Source: a virus
Taxonomy: Duplodnaviria; Caudoviricetes
Direction: 5' to 3' (one strand)
Length of the DNA stretch: 46,451 nucleotides
IMG/VR virus record: IMGVR_UViG_3300032218_002092
Span: 1-46,451 of that record
Part shown: positions 10,263-19,993 of the stretch, one piece after another
How the letters are laid out: each line of letters opens with the position of its first letter
Position numbering within the stretch: position 1 is the first letter of the stretch
Made by a program: the position numbers and the translations under genes
Notes under the pieces: model-generated
Seen by the model: the letters and a program-made list of their open reading frames with translations, nothing else
The model's database searches: none
Told to the model about the DNA's origin: nothing

Positions 10263-11113
10263 ACTTTTACCAATTCATCCAATGTATAGGAGTTTATCAT
10301 ATATGTCGATGGTTTGTCAAGCACGGTACGCTCAGCATCACCAATTCTTCGTGGTAAATATTCAATATCACAATTCAATTTGTTTACATGATAAAATGCC
10401 GAAGCAATTTCTTTAACAGTATAACCTGTACCAGTACCAAGATTCTCCAAACCATTAGCAGGCGTTTCGATTGCTCTTTGAATTGCACGGCAAATATCCA
10501 TTACATGGACATAATCACGAACAGGAGTGCCATCAATAGTATTGTAATCGTTACCAAATATTTTAAACTTACCATCATCTTTTGATTTAATTAAATTGTA
10601 AAACAATCCATCAGGATTAGTTGGAGGTACCCCATCAGAACCTATAACATTATAAAAACGGAACATTGTATAATCAAGACTACTGCGAGTGCAATATTCT
10701 TTTACAATGTCCTCAGCACACCTCTTTGACAGAGCATAGGGACTGATGGGAGTTTCGGCTGCACCCGTAGATGCAAATATAAAATTGTCATATTGAAAAT
10801 CATTCAACACATTTAATGTACCATTAAAATTGGTAGTATAATATTCATATGGATATTCCATTGATTCATTCACACGAACCTTGGCTGCCAAATGCACAAC
10901 AGCATCAAACTTTTCTGGCCAATCAATTAATGTTGTGTACCACTTTGACCAATCATTGTTGATATCATGTAATTCAAATTGTTTTGGCAAAAGGTAATCG
11001 TTGATTCTTTTCTCATTATCAATACCAAACACCTCATATCCTTCCTTTTTAAGGAGCTTTACAAGGTGTTGGCCGATATAACCAGAACTACCAGTTACTA
11101 ATACAGTTTTCAT
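10259..11113 (-). CDS. NAD-dependent epimerase/dehydratase (GalE-like)
   Basis: VLVTGSSGYIG Rossmann motif, HLAA, YALSK (YxxxK), RFYNV, DGT-x-VRDYVHV; start taken at MKTVLV. Confidence 0.9.
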   Translation of the reverse strand: MKTVLVTGSSGYIGQHLVKLLKKEGYEVFGIDNEKRINDYLLPKQFELHDINNDWSKWYTTLIDWPEKFDAVVHLAAKVRVNESMEYPYEYYTTNFNGTLNVLNDFQYDNFIFASTGAAETPISPYALSKRCAEDIVKEYCTRSSLDYTMFRFYNVIGSDGVPPTNPDGLFYNLIKSKDDGKFKIFGNDYNTIDGTPVRDYVHVMDICRAIQRAIETPANGLENLGTGTGYTVKEIASAFYHVNKLNCDIEYLPRRIGDAERTVLDKPSTYMINSYTLDELVKV

Positions 11114-12018
11114 TATATTTCCATATATTTTAGTTGAAAGAAATTTGCACAACTTTCATATTTGATATAACCACGGGGATTACAAACAACTCTAGTTTCA
11201 CCAATCCAATAGTTACTGCTATTGTGCATATGACCATGAGTCCACAATTTAATTTGTGGTCTATCTAGGATAAAGTCTGATAAATCGGAACGAAATGCAC
11301 CATTCATTAGTGTATCACTTTTATAACACTCAGCAACACTCTCACTACTTGGTGCATGATGGGTTACGACCACAAACTTTCTAGGTGCACCACCATAATC
11401 AGCAGTAGCAATCTTAATGTAATCCAACATCTTCTTGTGGTCTTCCACAGAATCTTCTGGTGACCATCTTGAAGCCTTTTCATAATGATCCACTCGTTCA
11501 ATAATTAATTCACCATTAGCATCTTTTAATAATGCACCAGAATTATCAGGATTCTTTACATAGATAATATTCTTATGTTGTGTCATACGATTACTATTAT
11601 TGATTATTCGAAAGTCATTCATACGCTGACCACAATGCCATAAGGTCAACGAATCACCTTTATTCATATCAGTCCACAAAGTACCGCCGATAAAAGTGAT
11701 ATCGTCATGTTCCCATGTTTCTTTTTCTAACAAATGAATATTTGGTAAATCAGCCAACTCAGCTTTTAATCTATCATAGGTATCACGCATATCATAATCA
11801 TAATGTTCGTGATTACCCATCACATATACAACATGAGGAAATTGGAATGAACAACGGCGGAAAAAATCCTTAACCATTGCTCTTTCTTTTGGTTTGTGTT
11901 TAAAAACTTTAGCTGTGCAAATATCGCCGCTGAGTATTAATACTTCGGCATATTCTTCATTTTTTAAGATAAGGTCACCAAACTCCAAATGTATGTCTGA
12001 TGCTAAAGCAATTTTCAT
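11113..12018 (-). CDS. Calcineurin-like metallophosphoesterase
   Basis: SDIHLE, GDI, GNHE, THH, HGH-x-H motifs. Confidence 0.92.
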   Translation of the reverse strand: MKIALASDIHLEFGDLILKNEEYAEVLILSGDICTAKVFKHKPKERAMVKDFFRRCSFQFPHVVYVMGNHEHYDYDMRDTYDRLKAELADLPNIHLLEKETWEHDDITFIGGTLWTDMNKGDSLTLWHCGQRMNDFRIINNSNRMTQHKNIIYVKNPDNSGALLKDANGELIIERVDHYEKASRWSPEDSVEDHKKMLDYIKIATADYGGAPRKFVVVTHHAPSSESVAECYKSDTLMNGAFRSDLSDFILDRPQIKLWTHGHMHNSSNYWIGETRVVCNPRGYIKYESCANFFQLKYMEI

Positions 12019-12588
12019 TTATTTCCTAACTATTTGAGTATCAATAGCGATACTAATTCTGCCCTCACCTTGTGGATCAACACAAACATAATGCCATAAC
12101 CAAGATGGGAAAACAATTAATTTACCAATTGAAGGTTTAATTTTCCATGAATCGGATGTATATTGATTATATGTATCTATATGATTTGGTCTCATATAAT
12201 CCGATTTTTGTTTATCAGGATTCATAAAAAATAAATTACCAGAGCCATCGTCTTTACCATCAGTCAAATATAGTATAGCTGAAAAAAAAGTTCCGTGATG
12301 ACAATGTGGCATCGTTGTTCTGTGTGGATAACCTATATTACCCCACATCGACACAATCTCTTGTTTATAATCTTTTGATAAACCTATTTCTAAATGCAAT
12401 TCATTAATAATTTTAATTACTTCATTTTTAATATACTTAATTGAATCGTTATTTTCATCAAATAATATATTAGAATAAAAATCTTTGTTTTGATTAGCTG
12501 TATCATAACATAATTGTATTAATTCAGAAGGTTCTATATTAATATAATCTTCAGCAAAAAAATTAGTAAAAATATTATTAATAATCAT
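12019..12588 (-). CDS. TIGR02466-type putative 2OG-Fe(II) oxygenase
   Basis: MWGN...PHCH...FSAILY...FPSWLWHYV...RISIA. Confidence 0.85.
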   Translation of the reverse strand: MIINNIFTNFFAEDYINIEPSELIQLCYDTANQNKDFYSNILFDENNDSIKYIKNEVIKIINELHLEIGLSKDYKQEIVSMWGNIGYPHRTTMPHCHHGTFFSAILYLTDGKDDGSGNLFFMNPDKQKSDYMRPNHIDTYNQYTSDSWKIKPSIGKLIVFPSWLWHYVCVDPQGEGRISIAIDTQIVRK

Positions 12589-12912
12589 TTAATGAACTAC
12601 TGTTCTCTTTTCTTCTGATTTTAATATTTCCTGTGGTGATTCTAACAGGCGAATAAAATCTTCTTGATAGTTACCTTGTTTAGCTAACCAAGTCAGTCTA
12701 GCTAAAATAACAGCAGTAAGATTTAGAGCTGGAATTTTATGTTCATTTAACCATTCCATTAAAGCAACATCAATACTTTCACTCAAATTCACCAACATTG
12801 TATCTTCATCAATACTTGCACTCATATTATCACTCATAATAATTAAAATTAATATTGACCCTAATTTTACCATCGGTACATCTTGTTGATGCGTGAGGAA
12901 TTGTTGGATCAA
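12589..12912 (-). CDS. Hypothetical protein (true start probably downstream, near 12827-12836)
   Basis: ORF track; N-terminal part overlaps the upstream gene. Confidence 0.55.
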   Translation of the reverse strand: MIQQFLTHQQDVPMVKLGSILILIIMSDNMSASIDEDTMLVNLSESIDVALMEWLNEHKIPALNLTAVILARLTWLAKQGNYQEDFIRLLESPQEILKSEEKRTVVH

Positions 12913-13321
12913 AAAACAATATCCTATTTTCTACCGCATCAACTTTTGTTCCATCTTCAAACAATGTATAACCATTATTTGTATTCAAATAATATAATGC
13001 GCCTTTATGTGGAAATGTATAGTCTTTATGAAAAGCATCTTGTCGATGTTCAGGTAAAGCTGGATATAAATTTCCTTTGACACGAATTAATTCTTTGGGC
13101 TGAATACTTTTCAATATTGGTTCTATTAAAGGAAAAGTTCCACTTATTTGTTCAAAGCCAAGGTCGGTGTTATAAAAAATGTGTGAGAAGTAAAATAAAT
13201 CATCGACCTTTTCTTCAGAAGCAACATAATCATTATAATACCAAGGAAAATTATTACCAAATAAAACAGTTTTTATATGTTCGAAAACATCTTTTGGTAA
13301 AAAATTATCAATGATTTGCAT
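12830..13321 (-). CDS. 2OG-Fe(II) oxygenase-like protein (cyanophage-type)
   Basis: IIDNFL...FPWYY...RVKGNL...HKD...YYLNTNNGYT...H...RVNINFNY. Confidence 0.8.
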   Translation of the reverse strand: MQIIDNFLPKDVFEHIKTVLFGNNFPWYYNDYVASEEKVDDLFYFSHIFYNTDLGFEQISGTFPLIEPILKSIQPKELIRVKGNLYPALPEHRQDAFHKDYTFPHKGALYYLNTNNGYTLFEDGTKVDAVENRILFFDPTIPHASTRCTDGKIRVNINFNYYE

Positions 13322-13701
13322 TATTCTGTAATCAACTCAATAGATGGTTCACAAGACATAATCATTTCATTATCAGAAGGAATCCAACCTTCTTCTTCAA
13401 GGTCTAACCAAGAGTTTTCATCCAACCATTCTTCCATTTCTGCAATTTCTTCTTCTGACATACCGTAGAACTCACGGTCTTCCCAACAACCATCATCACA
13501 ATATTGCATTTCTACTTCATAATCACAATTAAAGAGGTCAACACCTTCTTCTAAAACTGGAGGTGTATCATCTTCAGTTTCAATGGTAAATTCACCCCAT
13601 CGCCAACCAGTTTCAATAATAATTTCTTTATCATCTTTAGTGTAATGACTGCGTTCAGCCAAAGATTTTTTCCATGTTGGTTCAATTTTCCATAGTGCCA
13701 T
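13321..13701 (-). CDS. Acidic hypothetical phage protein
   Basis: ORF track; GWRWGEF motif, very acidic. Confidence 0.65.
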   Translation of the reverse strand: MALWKIEPTWKKSLAERSHYTKDDKEIIIETGWRWGEFTIETEDDTPPVLEEGVDLFNCDYEVEMQYCDDGCWEDREFYGMSEEEIAEMEEWLDENSWLDLEEEGWIPSDNEMIMSCEPSIELITE

Positions 13702-14501
13702 TATTCGGTCTCCTTAATTAATAGGGCATCAAATTCATCTTTGAGTTTCTGTAATTCAACAATCATATTATGTTGATTCTCGGTAATACCACGCCATCTA
13801 CCAACATCTTTACGAACTTCACCTTGACCATTGATCCATTTTTTTCCTGTCCATTCTAAACGAGAAGGAAATGGCCACGCATTTGGTTTATCATATTCAA
13901 CTTCATACAAACCAATATGCACAGGTTTAGTTTTAACATCGAACCATTCTGTCATTTCATATTCAGGTTCTTCGATTTCTTCATCATCGTCCCAAATGAC
14001 TTCATCATCATCTTCTTCAGATTCATTATCTTCCATTCTTTCTGAAATGCCAAACATATCATCAATATCACTTGGTACATTATCACGAACACCACTAGAA
14101 CTATAATAATCGGAATAATTATAACCATCATCATAACCATCACGATAACAACCACAGAAGGCCATACCTTCTTCGTTATAAAAACCTTCTACTGTATAAC
14201 CTTCTGTTTCTAAGAATTCATATAGAGCAATACAAGGACCCCATGCGGTATCAAAATTAATTTTAATTGTATAATCATCTAATCGTTCAAAGTCATATAC
14301 CGAAGCCTCCCATTTGGTGCCCCAATTGTCTATGTTCCAACCATACCAACTTTCACCTTCGTCATACTCTTTTGGTCGTGGTCGTAACATTTGAAAAAGA
14401 CCAGAATCTTCTTTTTCTTTCTTCAATTCGTTTTCAATGTTATCAATTAAATCTTTATTTTCGTGGTTAATTGTGGCCACGTTCTGACACCAATTAGGCA
14501 T
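13701..14501 (-). CDS. YubB/Api92 ferredoxin-like domain protein with acidic linker and extra C-terminal domain
   Basis: MPNWC-x-N, WY-x-WN-x-x-NWGTKW, FDTAW, E-x-G-x-x-F-x-G motifs. Confidence 0.75.
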   Translation of the reverse strand: MPNWCQNVATINHENKDLIDNIENELKKEKEDSGLFQMLRPRPKEYDEGESWYGWNIDNWGTKWEASVYDFERLDDYTIKINFDTAWGPCIALYEFLETEGYTVEGFYNEEGMAFCGCYRDGYDDGYNYSDYYSSSGVRDNVPSDIDDMFGISERMEDNESEEDDDEVIWDDDEEIEEPEYEMTEWFDVKTKPVHIGLYEVEYDKPNAWPFPSRLEWTGKKWINGQGEVRKDVGRWRGITENQHNMIVELQKLKDEFDALLIKETE

Positions 14502-14502
14502 T

Positions 14503-15229
14503 TTATTTCTCCATAATATATTGAATAACGGCCTTTGCTTCAGCCATATCCGATTTTAACACAGCTTCATCCAAATAGTCAAGCTGGGCACCATGCAATA
14601 GTGATAAAAATTTTGGTATATCTGCTCTGGCAATTTTACCATTGTTTTTATTTGTGGTAAAGATTGCTCTTACTAATAAATGTTTGCCATAGTCTGGTGA
14701 ATTTGGAATATTTTTCATTGTAAATATCCCAACATTCCTAAACTACCAACAACAAGACAAATTAAAAAAATACCAATCATAAATCCAAAAAAGAAAAATG
14801 TAATAAGGTCGTCATACTTAATGGCTTTGGCCAATACTTCACCACACCAATCGTTCATTCGTTCCAATCTACTTCTCATTTCTTATCTTTCTTCGGTTTA
14901 ATAGCAGCAATGCCATAACCATGTGTATCAGGATTCGATTGTTGTAATTGTTCACGCAAAGCGGCACATTCTTCTTCAAGCATTTTAATATGACGAACAT
15001 CTGCCATATAAACACTTTCAAACAAGTTCCAAAGTTTATTAAATTTTATGTCATATGAATTGGCAATACCAAGAATATGATTCGATACCGTATCTTTATC
15101 AAATTTTATCCATTCTTCAAATAAACCCTCATCGAACTCTTTTAAATCATCAACAACAAACCAACATTTAGTAATCTGTTGTTCAAAATCAAATCTATCA
15201 CTCATATTTTTCTCCTTGAAATAATCCAC
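14503..15229 (-). CDS. Hypothetical ORFs (14503-14718, about 14715-14879, 14876-15229)
   Basis: ORF track plus one manual short membrane ORF; MSDRFDFEQQI motif. Confidence 0.55.
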
Positions 15230-15894
15230 ATTCTACGATAATGCGTCATTAATGTAATGCCACTATATTCTGTATATTTAATTGATTTGACCGTATCATA
15301 ATTCCAATTATATAAATGTCGAACCATAGTCCACCTATCAATCCAATTATATTCAGTATCTTCAACATACACTTTATTAAAAATACAACCTAAATCTTTT
15401 AAATGATTTTCAATCGATTGTTCTGTTACATAAGCACGACCAGTATCTTTGTCGGCATAATAATGATTATCAGAAGGTAATACCAAATCAATTGCATTTT
15501 CTTCAGGATTAACAATTGTTTCTAATATAACATAATCAGCCGAATCAACAACTCTTTTTAAATCTTCTTTCCAATTTACAATATGACAAAGCAAACTCAT
15601 ATGTAAAATTACATCATATTTTTTATCTAATGTATAATCTTGATTGTTGTTTATACAAATCATATCAGGTTCAAATCCAATTTTACTTGGAATCTCTTGC
15701 ATATGTTCCATGCGAACATCAGAAAAAGTAACATTGGCACCAAGTTTCAAAAACTCAATACCAACATCACCATGACAAGCACCCATTTCTAAAACATTTT
15801 TACGACTGAACCAATTTTTTGAGAACCGACCTTTGATGCCTTTGATAGCATCAATTCTTTTCTTAGTCCAGTCCTCATACATCAAATACTTCAT
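15202..15894 (-). CDS. Class I SAM-dependent methyltransferase
   Basis: VLEMGACHG motif I, acidic D after beta-2, YDVILHMSLLCH. Confidence 0.8.
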   Translation of the reverse strand: MKYLMYEDWTKKRIDAIKGIKGRFSKNWFSRKNVLEMGACHGDVGIEFLKLGANVTFSDVRMEHMQEIPSKIGFEPDMICINNNQDYTLDKKYDVILHMSLLCHIVNWKEDLKRVVDSADYVILETIVNPEENAIDLVLPSDNHYYADKDTGRAYVTEQSIENHLKDLGCIFNKVYVEDTEYNWIDRWTMVRHLYNWNYDTVKSIKYTEYSGITLMTHYRRMWIISRRKI

Positions 15895-16646
15895 ACACCA
15901 ATCTCTACACTCTTAATAGAATCCCAACGGAAAGAACGCCAACCGTTTGCCTCTACATCATAAACAGGCAACACATCATCTGATACGGCACGAACTTGCT
16001 CATTGATTCGTTTTGTTTCATGGACTTTTTGTGGTACCAAATCTTGTTTAAGTGTGCATTTCATTACACGCTCTGTGCCATCATTCTTTTCAAACTTTAC
16101 GATTGCTACACCATCACGCAATACAGATTTCAACCAATCTTTGCCAATTTTGCTTCCATCAAACACATTCTTTTGTGTGGTAACTGTTGCTTCTTTTTTG
16201 TCGGAACAAAATTCAGTAAACTCTGCCAATGTGCCTTTAAACTCTAGCTCACGGGTATCACCACTCATACCAAAAAAATTAGAACCACAATTATATACTT
16301 CAATATAAAATTGACTACCACTTAATAAACCATTACGATTATAAATGTGATATTCATAATCTTGACCACAATCTGTTACATCGGTTGGATGAATATAGAA
16401 ACCGCCAGGAGATTTTTTAAAATGAGAAATCATCTGAGCAGCTAAACAACCCATGCCATTAAAAACTACTTCTTCAACTGTTTTGGTTTGAGCCAATCCA
16501 TTCACCATACGACCGCCACTTAAAAACTCAACTAACTCGGCACCATGTCCCGTAGGATAGCCATCGAATTGGCGATACATATTGCAAACTGGTTTTTGTT
16601 CATCATTGTATTGTTCATATACAAATGTTAAGCTTCTAGTTCCCAT
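15891..16646 (-). CDS. Two-domain protein: MGTRS/YRQFDGYP phage domain fused to a WYL_2 (Sm-like SH3) domain
   Basis: C-terminal V-x-F-x-K-x-DGTER-x-M-x-CTL...VYDVEANGWRSFR. Confidence 0.75.
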   Translation of the reverse strand: MGTRSLTFVYEQYNDEQKPVCNMYRQFDGYPTGHGAELVEFLSGGRMVNGLAQTKTVEEVVFNGMGCLAAQMISHFKKSPGGFYIHPTDVTDCGQDYEYHIYNRNGLLSGSQFYIEVYNCGSNFFGMSGDTRELEFKGTLAEFTEFCSDKKEATVTTQKNVFDGSKIGKDWLKSVLRDGVAIVKFEKNDGTERVMKCTLKQDLVPQKVHETKRINEQVRAVSDDVLPVYDVEANGWRSFRWDSIKSVEIGV

Positions 16647-16648
16647 AA

Positions 16649-16819
16649 TTAACCTTTAAATTGTTTCATCCATGCCGACAATATTGCTCTTGCTTCGTGT
16701 CGTGTTAAATCAAATGCTTGTTGCAAATATGGTGAAGCACCAAACATATTGGTTTCACCTGATTCACGCAACAAATCCAAATATTCAAAATACTCATCAT
16801 ATTCTAAAACATCATTCAT
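16649..16819 (-). CDS. Small conserved phage protein (56 aa)
   Basis: Manual: YLDLLRESGETNMFGASPYL; AAAGGA RBS. Confidence 0.7.
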   Translation of the reverse strand: MNDVLEYDEYFEYLDLLRESGETNMFGASPYLQQAFDLTRHEARAILSAWMKQFKG

Positions 16820-16838
16820 AATATATTCCTTTTGTATA

Positions 16839-16929
16839 AAAAGATGCTAGTTTTCTTTCAAGAGCAAACTAGCAAAAGCTCACGCAGGTTTTACTGGTCT
16901 CATGGTGCCAGAAGGAAGGCATCTCCCTA
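16839..16929 (-). ncRNA. Candidate structured RNA with an H-type pseudoknot
   Basis: Intergenic; GAGC/GCUC interleaved with UGCUAGUUU/AAACUAGCA; additional CUGG/CCAG hairpin. Confidence 0.45.
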
Positions 16930-16940
16930 TTACAACCATT

Positions 16941-17533
16941 TTAATCCAACAATGTCATATAAGCATTGGTATTATTATCAATAAACCAATCGATGCCTTT
17001 ACGCAAACCTTTATAATCACCAATCAATTCACAACCTTTAAGGTAATCATATACAGCAACTTCTTCAGGTGATAATGTAATGCCTTCACCGCTGAATGGA
17101 TTTTCTACAAAAACTGGTTCACTATCTAAAATCATAATACCAGGAAATATATCTTTAATTGATTTATTTTTCATAATAAAAACTCCTTCTCAATTTGAAA
17201 TGCCATTATAACATAACCACGGATGGACACAAGCAATATTTGATGTTTGTTGTGCCAATACAACGCTTTTTAAACGCTTTGGACTTCTTCCAACCAATCT
17301 TCCGTGATTGTCTGATAAGTGATTGATTCTCCTTTAGGATCGATGGAGGCATACACCTCCGCTATCTTGGTGACTGGTATTCCTGCTTCTTTCATGGCAC
17401 TACATATAAACCCAGCGCCATCATCAAAACCTGCACCATAAAAACTTTCTGCTTCATTTTTTATATCAGGTTTACCATAACAAAATACAAAATTATTGTA
17501 CCACTCTTTTACTGTTTTTGAATATTTTTTCAT
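16941..17533 (-). CDS. Two hypothetical early ORFs (16941-17174, 17270-17533)
   Basis: ORF track; AGGAG RBS before 17174. Confidence 0.65.
17205..17265 (-). promoter_or_regulatory. Promoter TTGTGT-N16-TATAAT with upstream dyad TGTTG-N8-CAACG
   Basis: -10 at 17205-17210, -35 at 17227-17232, dyad at 17248-17265. Confidence 0.75.
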
Positions 17534-17539
17534 TTTATA

Positions 17540-18427
17540 TTATCCACAAATTGCATACTCAGCCAAATCTTTCCAGTTTCCATTAGGATTGGATTTACGG
17601 ATTTTTGTAACTTGAATCAAAGTCCGCAAAGACAATTCATTAACTGAATCTTTTAAATTATCTATAAGATTTAAAGCATCTTTTTTATGCGACAAATCAA
17701 AGTCTGGCATAAATGATTCTTCATTTACCAAATGGTGCATACGCTCCACTTTTTGTTCTTTGGTCATTGTAACATCCACGGACATTGAGCGGGAAATAAT
17801 TGCTTGGTCTAATTGTGTTGAGGACATATTAGAGATAAACACCACACGACCTTTAAATTCAAATGAGGTTGGTAAATCTTCATCTTTAATATCTGCACGC
17901 CATGAGATAATACGTTTTGAATAGGAATCTAAAGCACCTTTTAATATATTCAAAGATACAGGATCTTTTAATACTGAATCACAATCATCAAAAACAATAA
18001 TTGAATTACGATTCTCATACAAGGTACGATACAAACCTTTGGGTGTGGAATAACCTTTGATTACTACAAAGGCATTTTTTGGTACAACTGCACCAACTTC
18101 ATAATCGTCCAAAATGGACATATCTTTGAGTCCAGCTTTTCTTAATGAGGTTGTAACAGTATGTGATTTGCCTAAACCACCAGGTCCCGTAACAACTACG
18201 GAAGGTTGGTCGCCTTTAGCAAGCATAACAATCATATCAGATAAAAAACCAAATCGCTGATTGATTGTAAATTTTGATTTTGGAATCTCCACAAAACTTG
18301 GTGTGGAGTTTTTACGAATAACATATTCTAAATGCTTAAGATTTGTCCGCTTTACTAATTTTCCATTAATAATAGCAGTATATTTTCCACCCACAAATTT
18401 GATTTCACTCATGAAAATACCTCTCAA
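17540..18427 (-). CDS. AAA+/P-loop ATPase
   Basis: Walker A GPGGLGKS, Walker B IIVFDDCD, FISN, SRS. Confidence 0.85.
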   Translation of the reverse strand: MRGIFMSEIKFVGGKYTAIINGKLVKRTNLKHLEYVIRKNSTPSFVEIPKSKFTINQRFGFLSDMIVMLAKGDQPSVVVTGPGGLGKSHTVTTSLRKAGLKDMSILDDYEVGAVVPKNAFVVIKGYSTPKGLYRTLYENRNSIIVFDDCDSVLKDPVSLNILKGALDSYSKRIISWRADIKDEDLPTSFEFKGRVVFISNMSSTQLDQAIISRSMSVDVTMTKEQKVERMHHLVNEESFMPDFDLSHKKDALNLIDNLKDSVNELSLRTLIQVTKIRKSNPNGNWKDLAEYAICG

Positions 18428-18438
18428 TTAAAAGAACC

Positions 18439-18500
18439 ATTATACAGGTTTCCACAAAAACCACAAGCAGTATTTTACAATGTGTTGCGTGGATACAACG
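18439..18500 (-). promoter_or_regulatory. Promoter TTGTGG-N16-TATAAT with upstream dyad
   Basis: -10 at 18439-18444, -35 at 18461-18466, dyad tgttg-cgtggata-caacg at 18483-18500. Confidence 0.75.
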
Positions 18501-18503
18501 CTA

Positions 18504-18683
18504 TTAATCTAACCAAATCGTTGTAGGAGAGAGTATTCCCATAAGTATCAAGCCTAGTGCTATCGAACAAAATAGTAGCAAGGAGAACGCTGTGGACGAG
18601 AATCCAATGCTCTTCCTATCAGCATACTCACACCCAGCCGCAAACGCACAAGCAATACAGAATATTAATATTATTACACTCAT
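18504..18683 (-). CDS. Small membrane protein (59 aa)
   Basis: Manual: MSVIILIFCIACAFAAGCEYADRK...; two hydrophobic segments. Confidence 0.5.
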   Translation of the reverse strand: MSVIILIFCIACAFAAGCEYADRKSIGFSSTAFSLLLFCSIALGLILMGILSPTTIWLD

Positions 18684-19430
18684 TTATGGTATTTTATGAA
18701 AAGGACATTTTGAATGTTTTTGTGATAATTTTTTGGATTTTGAATAAACTCCAGTAAAAGAAATTCTGGAATGTATATCATAGTTTCTTTTGCTATATTC
18801 TTCAGATGAGAGAACATGACGTCTAATATCAATTTTCTTTTCCGTCAAAGGAGTTAAATGTGCCATTACATGATTAACAGGTAAAATATATTTTTTGTTT
18901 TCTTTAACATTCAACATCAAATTAATATTGGGAGTTCCAATATGAGAGAAGTTTGTAATTCCTGTTAATAAAGTATAATCAGTTAAATTTCGGATATTAT
19001 ATGTTGGACAACTCCACAACCATGAAATATCTTCTTTGGTTCGGAATATCCAAGGTGTATCAATTTTTAAATGTTGATATTCGTTTGTTGGCCAATAATT
19101 TCCATATTGTTCTGATGGATGCGATACTGCAATTGTTGCTTGGTCGGAGAATTGCCAAAATGCTTGATTATTTTCAACAGCAATAGCTAAATCACACCAT
19201 AAAGGTAATGCAATTGATTTTGTATAAAGGTCTGTAAATCCTGTGCAACTACGCATAGTAGCTGAAGGCCAAAATGTACCAGGCGCTTCAAAAGTATTTG
19301 GCAATTCTTTCCACCAATCAGGTGTATATTTTATAGCCAAATCAATTGGTGAGAATCTGGCGATTGATTCAGAAAAAGTAAAACAATCAATAACAATTTT
19401 TGATTTTTTAAAGAAAAACATCAATACCAT
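18684..19430 (-). CDS. Conserved hypothetical phage protein
   Basis: P-x-WWK, TMRSC-x-G, LPLWCD, HLKI-x-TPW and C-terminal CPF motifs. Confidence 0.7.
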   Translation of the reverse strand: MVLMFFFKKSKIVIDCFTFSESIARFSPIDLAIKYTPDWWKELPNTFEAPGTFWPSATMRSCTGFTDLYTKSIALPLWCDLAIAVENNQAFWQFSDQATIAVSHPSEQYGNYWPTNEYQHLKIDTPWIFRTKEDISWLWSCPTYNIRNLTDYTLLTGITNFSHIGTPNINLMLNVKENKKYILPVNHVMAHLTPLTEKKIDIRRHVLSSEEYSKRNYDIHSRISFTGVYSKSKKLSQKHSKCPFHKIP

Positions 19431-19993
19431 TTCCTTGCTTTTTCAGCAATGTGTTCTAAACCATCATACTCAACAACTTCCCATTGCACATCAACGGGAA
19501 TATTTACGATTTTTAACTTGGCACAAAAACCATTGGCTTTTTCACCAAGTTCTTGAACAACACGAACCAATTGAGTATCACTACGATTAATATCTCTATC
19601 GTTAAACCATTCATCACCTTTATAATAAATTGAACCATGACTGGTTTCTTCTTTGGTGAAATTTATACCTTTATACTTGGCATACAATTCAATGGCTTCA
19701 TCAGACAAACTAAAACCACCATAATCAGCATTAATAACAACTTTCATCAAATTCTCCAATTATTAACGACCACTAGCGGTTAGTATATAGTGTTTGTAAA
19801 CTAATTTATTTTCATTCTTTGCATACTGTTTGAATTCTTTTGGTTTGCATACTGCAACCAATTTAGTATCAACTTTATTAAAAATTTCATTGTAATAAAC
19901 TGCCTTAGAAAGGCAATCTTGTTTTATTTGGTAGTCTGAATGGACTTGATAGTTTAGTGGGGTGTTCAAATAGAAAATTAAAATCCAGTTCAT
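19421..19993 (-). CDS. Two hypothetical ORFs (19421-19759, 19763-19993)
   Basis: KVVIN-x-x-YGGFSLS...EYDG-x-E conserved phage family; ORF track. Confidence 0.7.

Noticed and set aside
16845-16885. preQ1-I riboswitch-like look (short stem, CUAG loop, A-rich tail ending AAACUAG)
   Set aside because: The loop lacks the ligand-pairing C before the 3' stem strand and no queuosine genes are adjacent; kept only as a generic pseudoknot
16839-16940. Complete tmRNA gene
   Set aside because: No acceptor stem/T-arm with CCA and no tag reading frame ending in AA nearby
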